Shown: positions 24,087-38,864, counted from the whole stretch's first letter. The stretch: 63,143 nucleotides of DNA, filler included, from Reticulomyxa filosa (GCA_000512085.1; 15 parts of 15 records of this genome joined end to end with filler, not necessarily neighbours in it), one strand, 5' to 3'. Notes: generated from the letters alone by a model not told the origin. Numbers and translations: made by a program.

Positions 24087-26196
24087 TGTATATGAGCTCG
24101 GACCGGAGACAAAAGTTGCTGCGACAACACACGCAAGTGAACAAAGAATTTTTGCATTCGATAAAAGACCAATCCCAAATTGAAGACATACTGAACGAGT
24201 ATATGGACCGGACTGTGACGCCTTCACCTCAATATCGGCGATCGTTGCAATCGCTGTCGAGTTTGATGAAATCGCAGACTATGGACCCTTCTTTGCTGAC
24301 TCGACGCGTGACCAATGCAAGCAACAGCAGTAGCAGCAGTAGCAGCGGAGGAGCAGGAGGAGGAGGAGGAGGAGGAGGACTGAGCAGTTATCGACAAATG
24401 TTTCCAAAAGGCAATGGATTGGTGATCTCGCCTCTGACTTTGTCGTATCTCGATCACGAAAACTCGCTAGGGTCGATCGATAGCGACGGCAGCAGCGACA
24501 GCGAATCTGCGGGCCCCTCTTCGATCAAGTTCGCGTTATCCCATCGCGGCCATACCAACGCCAACAACCATATTAACCCCGGTGGCCACGAGATCATTAG
24601 CAAAACGGCGTCGATGATATACATTCCACAGCAGTTGTCCCCAGACGGTGGAGACGAAGACAGCAAAGGCAAAGAATTGAGTTTGCATTTGGAGTGTGAG
24701 TTTTGCCAAGAAGAACTTGACAATATGGTCCACTCGACCTCCAATAGTACTTCCAACAGTACTAACAATAATAACAATAATAACAATAATAGCAGCTTAT
24801 TAAGCAATAAAGACGACAATTCAAACAAACGTCAACACAATCAAGACGACTTGTCTTGGACGACGTATCCACCGTCATTTGTGATCAACCCATCCATCAC
24901 TCGCTCTCAAAGCAGACCGCTCTCCTCTGCCAAGAGTGTGCCGTCCGATGTGATTCACAGTAGTAGCAAGAGCAGCGATAACCATTACAAAAAGAAGAGC
25001 ACTACCAATGGTACTGTCAGCACTGCCATCACCACCACCACCACCACCATCACGGCAACATCAGCCGTTGCAAGCATGTTCGTCATGGACAGTCCGGGTA
25101 GGGCCAGTAGCGTATCTCCTGTCAAAAGTCGCGCCAAGGCAAAGCCAACTGCTGCGTTGCATCAAAGTCAAAGTCAAAGTCAAAGTCAAAGTCAAAGTCA
25201 AAGTCAGAGACAAGCCAAAAGCAAGAACAAGACCCACACTAAGATGGTTTCACTGACTGGTGACAGCAGCATGATGCACGACTACTATCGCACGAAAGCC
25301 AGTTTACATGCAGAAAGTCGACAACACAACAAAGCCGCCAAACAGCATGTTCGAAATACTCACACGTTCGGCCAGGGGTCGTTATTTACCGTAAATGGTA
25401 ACTCCAATGCCAATGCTAATGCCAATGCTAATGCCAATGGCAATGCTATCCATTATCCTTCCAAGTCGACTTCCACAGCCAACGCAAAGTTACCATCGCG
25501 ACAAAATGGTCACGTGAACGGCCATTCTGCTAATGAAAAATCAAACGAAATTGCGGTCCACAAGAAGAAATCGCTGCCAACAAAAAACACAGCTGGTGAC
25601 AATAACAACAATAATAGAAATGACACCAAACACAGCAACGGAAAGCATTTGCATGGAAATGAGGATGCTGCCAAAAAAACACGTCCGAAAAATTCGACAA
25701 AGGCCGTGAGATTCGAAGTGGACACTTTAACTCGAAGTGCAACTGAAACTCGTGATACGCCGATTCCCATGCATACTACCACTCTCACCACCACCAAAAA
25801 AAAAGATGGCTTGAAAATCGGTTCAAAGGGACAACCACGCCAACAACAGCAACGTGGTAAGAAAGAGGTCCTTTCCCCGTCCATTCCTCGTTATACTCTT
25901 GCTTCGACACCGGTCGGCAAGCCAAAAAAGAAGTCTCCTCAAGTTGTGAACGGAAATAAAACAACTACCATGAACAAAAAAAAAGAGGTGTTCTCTTCCT
26001 TGATACATTTGGGTCATCCTATTCCTGAAAGTCATCCCACTAAAAAAAGTTTGCTGACTCGTCAAAAACGAGATACGCTACGTCGCACTGCTACATATAG
26101 AACCCCTTCAGGTATTGCTGCTGAAAATGACGAAGAAGAGGACGTGGAAGCAACAGAGGACGATGAAGAAGAAGAAGAAGAAGAAGAAGAAGAAGA
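24087..26196 (+). CDS. Large low-complexity, intrinsically disordered protein (partial)
   Basis: More than 2 kb open frame with poly-S/G/N/T/E runs, (QS)n and (NA)n; KAVRF is a possible PP1-docking motif. Confidence 0.7.
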
Positions 26197-26328
26197 NNNN
26201 NNNNNNNNNNNNNNNNNNNNNNNNNNNNNNNNNNNNNNNNTTAATTAATTAANNNNNNNNNNNNNNNNNNNNNNNNNNNNNNNNNNNNNNNNNNNNATAC
26301 CCCGTAATTCTTCCTTCATCCCCCATTA

Positions 26329-26511
26329 CAGTACTCCAAGGCTAACCAAGTGGCGTTTTAAAAAAAAAAGCCATGAAGACAAAATCAAAAAGAAAATGAT
26401 AAATTGGGTGGCGTCACAATGTTTCTGAGGTGCCGCCTTATTTTTCTATTTCGCTTTTTCCTTCATTGGCTTTTTTTAAAATGTGGTGGCATTTAAGTTT
26501 TGGAGGTACTA
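26329..26511. mobile_element. Degenerate palindromic MITE-like element
   Basis: Starts TA-CAGTACTCCAA and ends TTGGAGGTACTA; TTTTAAAAAAAAAGCCATGAAG mirrors CTTCATTGGCTTTTTTTAAAA. Confidence 0.5.
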
Positions 26512-27233
26512 TTTTTAATTTTAACTAATTATATTTATTTTTTTATTTGTGTTATATTTTTTTTTTTGACTTATCTAACCTAAAAAAAAGTCATTTAAAA
26601 ACCAATACTATATTTAAAAACTCCAAGATTTGTAGATATTTAAAAAAAAAATTTAGATTAAATGTTGTTTCTTTATGGAGAAAATCAATCATTTCTATAA
26701 GGTGCCATTATATGTGTCAACTTTCTTTTGCATTCTATTGTATAATGAAAAAAATAAGGACAAAAGATACTGTATAAAAATGCTAACAATAAGGTTTTCT
26801 TCTTTTAGAAATACAAAATCCAACTACAGTTGTTGAAAACTATAATACTTAAGACCTATTTTTTGCTAGAATGATAATTAATTATCATTAATTATCGTTA
26901 TTGTTTTCAAAAAAAAGCGAAGTCTTAGACTTTCTCTTGCTGGATTGAAACTGAAAACAACTTTTAAAATTGCTTCTTTTTGTCTTTCTACAGCAAAAAT
27001 GCAAAAGAAAGTTGACATAATTATAGAGATAATGTCTCTATGAAAAAACGGCATGTAATCAAAATTGGTTAAAAAGATATCTATAAACCTTTTAGTTTTT
27101 AAAAATGAAATTAATTTTTTTTTTGTTTTTGCTATTTTTTTATTGCTCGATAGAATTTTTTACTAAAATGAACTTTTTTTGTTAAATTTCCAGTCAACAT
27201 TTTTTAAAATAGCATCAACAATTGACTATCACA

Positions 27234-28107
27234 ATGAATGAGTTAAAATTGGATTCTAAATGTGGACATGGTGCAAGGTATTTAGAATGTAATTGTGTTA
27301 AAGCACATCCTATTTGTCGAAGATGCAACGTTAAAAAAATGCACGATCTGCGTCTTAACGCTAACGAAGAACAAAAACTTAAGTTTTGGGAACATATTCC
27401 AATATAATGGACACATTCGGACGGTTATTGAACTATTTTGCGAGCAAACACCAACATATTGTGTTTGCTTGTCACACGTATGCAAAGCATTTCGTAATTC
27501 TTTTGAACTTGCTGGGCAAATTCGAAATGAAAATTATGTACGAATGGGTAATTTCAAACATAAACACAGTAAAATGATCAAAACTATGAAGCAAGAAATG
27601 GAAAAGTATCTCAAAGGTGGAGAAATCGACAAATCGTTTTTGCGTGTAATTGAAAATAGCAATGAAAAAATGAATCCTGATTTAGACATTTGCAACAACA
27701 ACACCAGTGAAGAAGTAAAGGAACCTGATTTAAGCAGTTGCAACAGCATCAATCAAAAAACGATGAAACATGACTTAAACATTAGCAACAATAGCATCAA
27801 TCTAAATTCGAAAATACAAAATGAAATATCATTATATAATGAAAAAGATGAAATCATCCAACGGCAGTAACAACATATCGACAAATTAGAAAAAGAAAAT
27901 AAGGTTTTGCACACTAAAATTAAAAAATTGAATAGTAGACTTACTAAATTGCAAACAAGATTAAGCGTAATAAACGAGATTTCTGGAAAGAAAAGAGGCT
28001 TATCAGATTTAAAATCAACAAGTTCATCTGAAGATTTAAGTGATACTGGTCAAATTGTTAAGCATGTATCAAAAAAACAACGAACAAAAAAAGACAATGA
28101 TGAATAA
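27234..28107 (+). pseudogene. Disrupted RING-like zinc finger + coiled-coil gene
   Basis: Joined frames give CNCVKAHPICRRCNVKKCTIC (shift in the A-run ~27333-27339); in-frame TAA at 27868-27870 within a continuing coiled coil. Confidence 0.55.
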
Positions 28108-28439
28108 ATTTTGGTGTATTTTCAACATTGTCATCACGGAAATATTTTTTCAAAAAACATTGTGTTTTGAAACAAAAATATACATTTTTTCATTTTAATC
28201 TGATGAGAAATATTTTCATTATAATCATTTTCTCTTGAACTTGAATAAGTATTTCAAATCCTAAGTTTTGGCAATGTGTATAATTTGAAATGAAGCCAAA
28301 TAATCCCATAACAGTATTATCGCTTTTTTTTTTTAAACAAGTTTTTTTTTAGTAGATTTTGAGACAATTTTTTTGCATTCATTTTTTCTCTCAAGTCAAT
28401 TTGGATACTTGCATATAATCACATTCCTTTTTTTCTAAA

Positions 28440-29230
28440 TTAGATAATTGTACTCATTGCACTGTCGTCGCCGTAGAGTTACCGTAATTGTTATATTGGT
28501 TATTCACTAATTGTCTGTTCCTTTTTGAACATTGAAACACTTCCCATCGATGCCAAGATATTGTAAAACGATATGTACACTCCTAATGCCGGGTAACATC
28601 TTGTCACTGCTCATAAGGCTTTACATATAATGACACCAACACAATCATCGTCCAGCCGTATACTGTATAGTCTTTGTGCCATGACGCCACTAGTATACTG
28701 GAGTCCCATGCAATTGTTGTCTTTTTTTTTTAGAAATATGTGTATACGTATATACATATATGTATGTATATACAACTTGAAGAAATATACATCAGTGTAT
28801 AGTATACGTTATGAAAAATTTTTAAGAAAAAAGAGCGCAAAGCTCCAAAAAAAAAAGATGGAGTATTACCAAAAAAAGTAGAGTGAGTATATACAAATAT
28901 ATACAAAAACAAACTATTATTGCATTGATCCCGGATTTTATACGGACGCTGATTGAACTCATTGTAACACGTGTTATCTCCAAATTTATGCTCACATACA
29001 CTCCATCCCGGTCGAGTTCTTCTGTTTATGCTTTCGTCTTGTGCGTTGACTAAACAATAACAACATTGATCTTCGTTGTTATAAAAGCTGTTCAACAAAT
29101 CTTGTCTTTTGAATAACGCGAGCAATACAAATATTCCAATTGCCAAAAATTGGACTATGTTCCATATTGTGTACAGCGATTGCTGTTTCAAGGTCACCCG
29201 TTCTTCTACAGGGTATTATTTCTTCTCGTT
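28440..29230 (-). CDS. Hypothetical membrane protein exons, possibly decayed
   Basis: TM segment IWNIVQFLAIGIFVLLALF followed by a Cys-rich loop (CCYC...C...C...C); downstream blocks contain stops. Confidence 0.4.
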
Positions 29231-29369
29231 ACTTGGGGTCTTCGTGCACGACACGTTTTCTTGTAGTTCTAGTTTCCCATAAAATATGTATTTCCGAAGC
29301 ATATCTTGGCTTATTTGCTATTATGTACGTATATATATATACATATATAATTAACTCCACCGATGACAG

Positions 29370-30130
<761 letters not shown>

Positions 30131-30869
30131 TCTCGTAGACATAAATGTGGCCATGCAACTGCTGCACTTACGCAATCAGATTGTCTAATTCTCTGCTAGG
30201 AGCCATAATATCCATATCTTCCAAGCTGGATTCGTCGTTTTGTTTCTTTTGAAACAACTTTTTCGTTCAAAGTAAGTATATGCTTACGCAAATCCTTTCC
30301 CGAGCCCTTCCAGCCATTTACTATTTACATTTGTAAATCTATTTAGTACGCATATGAATACATCAAAATTTTTTTTTTTTTTTTTGACTTTTTTGCAAAA
30401 AAACAAATGTTTTGAAAAGGGATTGTTGAGCGAGTGGTGTTCCTTCGAAGACATCGTGGTAGATACAAAAGATTGAACGGTCAGGTATATTGGTATCAAA
30501 GGTTTTTGCGTTAATATAGATAATATATCAAAACAGTAAACATTATTATCAAGTGCTATCATTTAGCGTTTTTTTAAATAAGAGCGATTCATAGTAAATA
30601 TATACCATGATTTGTTCCGGTCAAATCTCTGAAATTCGATATGTTAAATATCTCAGTGGATTCTTTCCATTTTCAATGCAAGCTGACACAAATTGTATCC
30701 AAATTGCACTTGAACTTAAGTCAAACACAGACCGATAAAGTGATACTGGCCTTNNNNNNNNNNNNNNNNNNNNNNNNNNNNNNNNNNNNNNNNNNNNTTA
30801 ATTAATTAANNNNNNNNNNNNNNNNNNNNNNNNNNNNNNNNNNNNNNNNNNNNAAAAAAAAAAAGTGAT

Positions 30870-32722
30870 AATTGTCACCCAATCAAATTGTGATCACATC
30901 ACTCAGCCAATCAAAAACAGTCAATGTGCAATCCAACGAAACAATAGCAGGAGCGCCCCGTTCAGTCTCCAGATCGGTGATTGAGGATAAAGACAGACCT
31001 GCAACAGCTTCAAGTTGGTGTCGCTGCAATCACGGAGCAGTAGTCTAAGTCAAGACGCCGTTTTGTATGACAGCCAAGTCCCGTTACCGGCAATGAAAGA
31101 AGACAACGAAGAGGCGATAGTGCCCGCCGCAGTTAGTGGGAAACGAGCAAAGGCATGGCAGCCAAAAATAACAATAACACGGATAACGGTGGGTGGGAAT
31201 TTGTTGTCCAATACTCGTGAAATCGATCGTGGCAATGTATTCATGTTGAGATAGTTCTTTTGGCCGACTGTTTATTTCGAAAAGGAAGAAAAAATTGGAC
31301 AAGATAAGTTTACGTTGGAACATTTGAGCAAAATTGTTTACCCGTCCAGGATTTATGGAGCCGCCTATCTTGGTGAGTTACAGCCTCTTTTTTTTTTTTT
31401 TTGGTAAGGTTATTTGAGTTGAGTGAAGCTAGAAAAGACCACTTTCAATACATCCGTCACTACTTTGATAGGTTTATTGGGTATCTTGGGACAGGTATAT
31501 ATCTTTCGCTATTGGTATCGTCGTGTCGGCAACTTCATCCAGAACGCGAAAGTGTACAAATCGCAGATCGAGGCCTTACAGCCGCCGAGCAATCCCATTT
31601 TGCAAGAAGACTACTCGTCCGGACAACAGTGGGCAATCTCATCAAACTGGCCGATGCATTGCATCAAGGTCTTTTGTGCGGTGGTATCTATGGAATCATC
31701 TTTGCATGCTTTTATTCCGTATATAGAAAAAAAAAATGGTCAATTTACGAAAAGGTATACTTACTTATTCATGGGCATATATGTATTTATATTTATGTTT
31801 TTTTTTATTTAAAAAGAGTTGGGGTGGTGGGATAAAAAGGCACGCCATTGCATCGCTATGAACCGAAAATGTTTCCAACTTGGGCGACGACCCGTTTCAT
31901 GTCAACAATTGCTTCGTATATCGCCACAGGGGCATTTCTGAATGGCTTGATGCTGTGCTTCTGGGCGACCATGTTTGGATGGAACTCGTTTTGGAAATGG
32001 CTGAATGGATACACACAAATGATCATTGGCTATTTTGTTTACATTTGCATCGACCATTTTGCCGTGAGGGGATGGCTTATCAATAAAATCATGCTTGCCA
32101 AAAATGGCAGCGTCAAACGCGAATACGAAGAATGGTTCCAGTACTTATTGCCGTTGCTTGATTTTATGTATTTGCCATTAGCTTTGTTATATGGAATGTA
32201 TCGAATGTTGAACTGGTGTGATATCTTTTTTTTTTTATTTTATTCATTTTCAATTTATTAAGCCTTCCTATGAATCAAAAATAAAACAAACAAAAAAAAA
32301 GGACAATATTTGCACTCTTATCTTATGCGAGACCTGACTTAAATATGTATCCTCGTGGCATGGAAAATTTCGATTATGGACATCTCACATTTGTGTCCTC
32401 CATTCGACTAATGGTCGAACGAGAGGCAGTGTATTTGAGTAAAGAATTTGGCCCGATGATACACAAAAAATATCCACTCAAAGGCATGCCCTCTGGTAAG
32501 TCGGTTGAATATTGTCACAGCCACTGCTGTAGTTGTTTGTTGTATATTAGTTCATTAATTCGGCTTCACAATGATTTGTTGTCTCTTTTTGTGCAGGATT
32601 ATTGGACCAAGACCATGTTGGAGCAAAAAAGAAACAGACTAAAGTTATGTCCTCCGATATTCTTGTTCGACAAGAATTATAATCCTTTAATGATTTTTTT
32701 TCAATTTAACATATTTCGGTAA
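30870..32722 (+). CDS. STRA6-like (RBP-receptor family) multi-pass membrane protein, C-terminal exons
   Basis: IVYPSRIYGAAYL, TM segments, RFMSTIASYIATG, and RPDLNMYPRGMENFDYGHLTFVSSIRLMVE resembling the conserved STRA6 R-x-D...D-x-G-[YH] segment. Confidence 0.6.
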
Positions 32723-34499
32723 AAAAGTGTTCTATCACTTGTTTTATTTTTTGGAGGACCTTAGTTTTCCAAGTCACAGTTCTTTTTCGCATAAATTGGT
32801 CTACGTAATCTTATTTTCTAATTATAACTCATACAAAGGAGAAAATAATCTATTGAAGAGCATGCTGTGATAACAGCATTTTGCAATCGCTTTACTAATT
32901 AGATTTACCAACAGATCAATATCTTCCAGACACAAAAAAATAACCAAATTTGTAAAGGATCTTTGAGTGTTCAATATTTGACAAATTAGTCCAGCGCAGT
33001 AATTCAAATGAATGAAATTTTTAAAAAACCAAAAAACGCTGTTTAAATAATATACTATGAGTTGTCGTTACTTACTTTTGTTGTTTTTGTGCTTTTAAGT
33101 TTCTAAACTATTGGAGAAAATCAAACTTCAAAAACCGAATCCCTTTAATTTTGTTATTATTTTTAACTCTGGAAACGACAGAATATCTTGGAGTCGTAAA
33201 TATTAAACATTATCATGTATTCCAAATGAAACTGCGGCTTTTGATCTATTTTAAAAAATTCAATGCAAAGGATTACACACTGAAATTGAGAAATAAAATA
33301 GTTTTGTTAAATTTGGGTAGTTTNNNNNNNNNNNNNNNNNNNNNNNNNNNNNNNNNNNNNNNNNNNNTTAATTAATTAANNNNNNNNNNNNNNNNNNNNN
33401 NNNNNNNNNNNNNNNNNNNNNNNTTTTTATTTTTTTTAAGTAAAGCAAAAGACGAAACAAATAGAAAGACTGCTTTGGCAAGATTTCGTCCAAAAAACGA
33501 TTGAATAACTTGCAATTGAAAAAGAACACATCGTGTTCGGTTCTCTTTGTGTTGATGAAGTAGTAGTTGTTGGAGCAAAATGATGGAAAAACATATAGAC
33601 TCGCGCATCGCTCTTTCATTCGGTCCACAAACTCTTGTGTGTAAATTTTTTGCTTGACTATTGTCTGATAGTTCAAGAAATACATCAACGCACATATCAC
33701 GTTGATCGCCACAACATTCCTTTTCATCGCGCTTGCACCTATCAAACATTTGTTATCACAACATCAACTTGAAAACAAATAAAGAAACAAAATCAAACAA
33801 ACATAAAAAAGAGTTTAGAGAGTGTTGGCTTAAAATAAAGCCATACAACTAAGGTTTTGACCTTGGTGAGATGATGGAAAACACTTAAATTTTCCATATT
33901 GCCGAAATGCGGCTTCACCTTTTTTTTTTCCAAAAAATGGAAAAAAAAACATAAGTTTTTAAGGGTAGACTTAGAATTAAATTCTAAGCTACCCATTCGG
34001 GTCAATGTGTGAGTTTTCTGAGTAATTTTGTATTTAATATATACATATACATTCATCAAATGGATATTATTCTTGATATTATCAACAGGTTTGTAAATAT
34101 ATTGAACTTTATTAGCACAACTTTTTTTTGACTTGATGATTTGTTAATAGTATTAAAGATATTTTTGCAAAAGAAAAAAAACTTTTGAGTTCAAACATTA
34201 ATAATGTTATATCTTTTAAGACAATGTAAATTAAATTAATATTTGTGTTGAAAGTGTGGATTGGTGTGTGCTGAAATGCATTTGAGTATTACTAGTTTGT
34301 TTACATTCAACGCTAGTAACGACAGTATTAACAGTAATGTCAATTGATAAAGACAAAGAGATTGTTTCATGTTCTTTTTTATAACAACAAATGAAAATAA
34401 AAATATTGCAGGTTCAAAATACAAAGAGGAAAGTGTAAAAAAAAAGTGCACCTTTTTTCCACACGCACAGAACGAAGAGGAGAAAAAAAAATTTATTGA

Positions 34500-35119
34500 T
34501 ATTTCTTGATGTTCCAGAAAATCAAACATATCAGGAAACACATCGTAAGGCTCCTTGCTTCCAAACAGCGCATAAATTCGATTAAAAATTTTAGTGAATT
34601 GTGGAGAGTCTTCACCATAGTTATATCTTGCGCAATCAAACGATTTATGTACACACTTTTTCCACCATGCCTTTGTTTCCATTACTGGTGTTTCCAATGC
34701 ACCAAAATATGGGTGATATGTTTCCATATAACTCTTGTATACTTTATTATATTTTTTTTGTTATTTCTTTATTTTTTTTTTTTAATCAAAAAAAAAAAAA
34801 GTAACTTTTATCAAAATCAGGACATTCCTGACCAACTTCACCAGGAGTTGATTCAAAAGACAAAAGAAACATACAAACATTTGTTGTTATGATTACAATC
34901 TCCCTCCCCCCTTTAGCTTTTTTTTAATACCTTTTTTGGCACTTATATAATATATGTCTCCGATGTGAAGCTTGTAGCGGGTCACTGTAAGTTTGTGGGG
35001 AGTGTTGCAGGAAGTGAGAGAGAGAGAAGAAGAATTAGAAAACATGTCAGCGCAGACTGCACAGTACCTGTTCCAGTGACATCAAAAGTGATTTATTTTA
35101 AAAGTTTTTTTGAACTCAT
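34500..35119 (-). pseudogene. HDHD3-like HAD hydrolase, N-terminal exons, with a premature stop
   Basis: MSSKKLLK*ITFDVTGT (HAD motif I; TAA at 35093-35095); later HPYFG...WWKKCVHKSF...YDVFPDM; no C-terminal motifs found. Confidence 0.7.
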
Positions 35120-35821
35120 TTAATATTTTTTTTTTTAGAAAAAGGAAACTGCAGATCAAACCAATACTCAAGTAGCTCAGATTTTATTTGTTATTTATTT
35201 GTTCATTGGTTCAAATATTACTTATTTTTCTCAATTTAATACAGTTCTTTTAGTGATTGATATTTGTATATCAAAATATTTTAAATTTTTGTTTCAATTG
35301 ATAGTTTATAAAGAGAGGAAATGTGAACGAAAGTACTTGTGATCCTCTTAAAAAAAAGCAAACACAATAATAAGTATTGAAACGTGAGAGTATAATTGCG
35401 TCAGCAAAAATAATACAATAATCACATGTTAACATGTTTAATGCAACAGAAGTGAATGTAAAAGGTTCAGCAACAAATCATAACATTTAAGGACATTGTG
35501 AAGAGGTTGCGCCTTCCATCTCATTTGGAAAGTGAGAGTGATCGTACGAGTAAGATCACTGGTAACTCGTAAATTGGGACTTAAGCCAATCTAGAAGGAT
35601 TGTTGGATCAACAGCAATGAGTGAACAGAACTCACGTTCTCACAGTATACTGGNNNNNNNNNNNNNNNNNNNNNNNNNNNNNNNNNNNNNNNNNNNNTTA
35701 ATTAATTAANNNNNNNNNNNNNNNNNNNNNNNNNNNNNNNNNNNNNNNNNNNNTATGCAAATCTTTCAAATATCACAAATGTTTAAATGCTGTAATAAAA
35801 CCAAAAAATAATGTTTGAAAA

Positions 35822-36509
35822 GGTTGTGTTGGCCTTGAAGTGTTTGCACGAACGGGGCATTGTTCATCGCGATGTCAAACCAGAAAACTTAATGTTTGAA
35901 AGCAAACAGACTGATTGTAAGTTGAAATTGGTGGATTTTGGATTAGCTGTTCAATTGCAACCCTTGTCAACACAAAGTGAGCAAACAGACTCACAATTAC
36001 AATCGCAATCGCAATCATCCCAACCACAACAATGGGAAAAAGTTAAAAAATTTGCTGGAACGCCCGAATTTATGGCCCCTGAAGTTTGGAATGACTCGCT
36101 GTATGATACAAAAGTGGACATGTGGTCCGCGGGCTGCGTGCTGTATGTGCTGCTGTGTGGTGTCATGCCGTTCCGATTCGATGAACACCGAAGCTTTGAT
36201 GTGTTTGGGAAAAATATCAACTCACCCAATTTCGATGCGTTGATTGATAATAACCCCTTTTGGAAGGAACATGTGTCGGACTCGGCCAAAGATTTGGTGA
36301 AGAAACTGCTACAACCCTCTCCCGATCTTCGCATTTCTGCAGATGAAGCGATACTTCATCCTTGGCTGAAAGACGCCAGTGATAAAATCGTCAATGACTT
36401 TCATTTCTATCAATTGCGTGCCACGCGCATTCGTGCTAGGTTTATACGTAATGTTGAAAGAGTTTTGGCCGTCGAGCGAATCATTGCGCTCTTGTCCGCC
36501 GAAAGTTAA
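35822..36509 (+). CDS. CaMK-group Ser/Thr protein kinase, last exon
   Basis: IVHRDVKPEN, DFG, GTPEFMAPE, DMWSAGC, HPWL. Confidence 0.93.
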
Positions 36510-37075
36510 AATGCACCTTTCCTTGCGACATTACTATTTTGCTTTGTAGTCGTGATAATCACCTTGTTAAATATCAATTTAATGATATTTTTTTTTTTTT
36601 TTTTTTTTTTGTACTTTTGAAAAACTTATTCATTAATGTACGATTTTGGACAACAAACAAGTTATAATTTTTTTTTTTGTTTTGTGTTTTCTCATTTCTC
36701 TTTTCTTCTCTCCTCTTTTTTCAGAAATGTAGTTTTGTTCAGGCGAGATTTGGAAAGGAGGAAGCAACATGTTAAATTTGATTTTCTTTGTCTTATAAGA
36801 AATCGGTAATTTTGGTTTATGGTTGCTTTTTGTGATGTTCAACTTTATTTGATTTTTTTTTGTCGTGTTTCAATAATCCTTCTAAAGCTTCCAAAGTCAC
36901 CACAATAAATTCGTTACTTGAAGCAAAACCTAATATAGCCAAGTTTATCTCTTCAATTTACTTGACTCATATTTGTATCAACACTTATTTAAATGACACT
37001 TTTATGGTACCTAGTTTATATTTGCAATTCTTCAATGTCAACTTTTTTTTTTTTTTTAATGCTTCCCCCCAAATA

Positions 37076-37556
37076 ATGATGATGAGCGCTTTTTGTGCAA
37101 GCCTACGAAAAAATAAATTAGGGAATTTAGGAGTTAGAACGTTTTACACAGTCAAAGTCTGTATTCTTCTTTGTCTTTGGTTTGTCTCCTTTTCAACATA
37201 AAGAAAAAAAAAAACAAAACAAAAAACGAACAACGTTGAGACGGCAATAGACAGAGCTACCACCGCTGGTAACAGGAAGCTGGTTGGAACAGCAACTCGA
37301 GCGCAAGAATGTGAAAGTGGTCGACGGGTCTTGGTATTTGCCGTCAGTGTCGCGGAATGCAGCAAAGGAGTTTTCACAAATGCGCATTCCAGGAGCAACC
37401 TATTTTGACTTGAATGAAATTGCAGACAAAATTAGCCCCTATCCGCGAATGATGCCATCGCCAGATGAGTTCGAAGTGCACATGTCCCAGCTCGGACTTA
37501 AAAATAGTGACATTATTGTAGTGTACGATAATGTTGGAATATTCTCGTTTGAGTAG
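37076..37556 (+). CDS. Mitochondrial thiosulfate/3-mercaptopyruvate sulfurtransferase (rhodanese), 5' part
   Basis: Basic targeting-like exon 1 (MMMSAFCASLRKNKLGNLGVRTFYT), intron ~37151-37250, then VVDGSWYLP, RIPGATYFD, MMPSPDEF, IVVYD. Confidence 0.9.
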
Positions 37557-37681
37557 TACATTTTTTTTTTTTTTTTTTTTTNNNNNNNNNNNNNNNNNNN
37601 NNNNNNNNNNNNNNNNNNNNNNNNNTTAATTAATTAANNNNNNNNNNNNNNNNNNNNNNNNNNNNNNNNNNNNNNNNNNNN

Positions 37682-38864
37682 GTTCTTTGGGTATTTTAAT
37701 AATTGTTCGAAATCTTTGTAACATATTCCTGGTTTTTCAGCAATTGTTTGCCTGATCTTTTTGGAGTATGCAAAATGAGATTGAGGAGTAACAGAGAAGA
37801 TAGGGTTATCAGGGGTCAAATCGTGTATGGTCTTGCTTTCTAGGACTGTACAAAGTTGCACATTACAAGGTTTTGTGGATGATGATAACAAATCATTCCA
37901 GTATGTAATGCTTTGTGAATATCCAATCTTCAACCAACCAATTTTTAGCATTGCTTCGGTCGGCCATTTGATAAAAGAAACCCTATCATCTTTTTTTGTA
38001 TACTAATTATTTCATTTTTTTTTTGTACAAATTTAAAAAAAATATTAGACCTAATCCATTGATACGCTTGCATTGAGTTAAATCTAGTTTAATATGATAT
38101 GGACCACCCCAATTGTGTTCATCTATTACCAACCACTCCAATGTGGATGGAATTTTGAGCATCTCTTCTGAATTGCTTTGTCCACTAATGTAATATAGTG
38201 CCAACAAGTTTGGACAAGATAATATCAAACTATTAAGAAATTCAATTTCGGAAAATATCCATAAAGAGTCATTATCATCGTCAAAATCACACATTTCAGG
38301 AGCTTCGAGTATTTGTTTCCAATTATGATATGGTTCTTTGGACAAATTTTCTACTTTGAGCGTTTTCAATTGTGGCATCAACCCTTTCACATCAATTGAT
38401 TTGAAGCAACTACTAATTTTGATGTTACTCAAATTTAAATGAACCAAATTTGGAAGTACTGGAAAAACTGTTATTTGATCAAATGCATCACTTATTGTCA
38501 ACGCTCGAATTGACTTATGTGCTTTATTTAACATTGAAATAAATAAATCTACTTGTTCTTTTGCATACTTCTATATAATATACATTATATATATTTTTTT
38601 CTTTTTAATTTTAAATAGAAATAAAAATAAAAAATTGACCATTTTTTCTTTCCAAAATAAAATACTTTTAGAGAATATTGCGCTAAGTTGATTTTTTTCA
38701 ATTTCATCATCAGCATTCAACAAATTAATAATATTCCATCCATTTCCATCTTCGTTATTTGTCCTTTGATCTTCATTTGTGAAATCAATAAATTCACTAG
38801 ATATAATATACTGAGTTGCATTACTCATTGCTGATTGTCCTTCACGACAAATATATACAAATTC
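37682..38864 (-). CDS. Leucine-rich-repeat (F-box/RNI-like) protein, internal exons
   Basis: LPNLVHLNLSNI, MPQLKTLKVENL, CPNLLALYY, PSTLEWLVI. Confidence 0.6.

Noticed and set aside
27868-27870. TAA reassigned to Gln (alternative genetic code)
   Set aside because: ARP2, the kinase and the SINA gene end at TAA in the expected places, and long ORFs lack internal TAA
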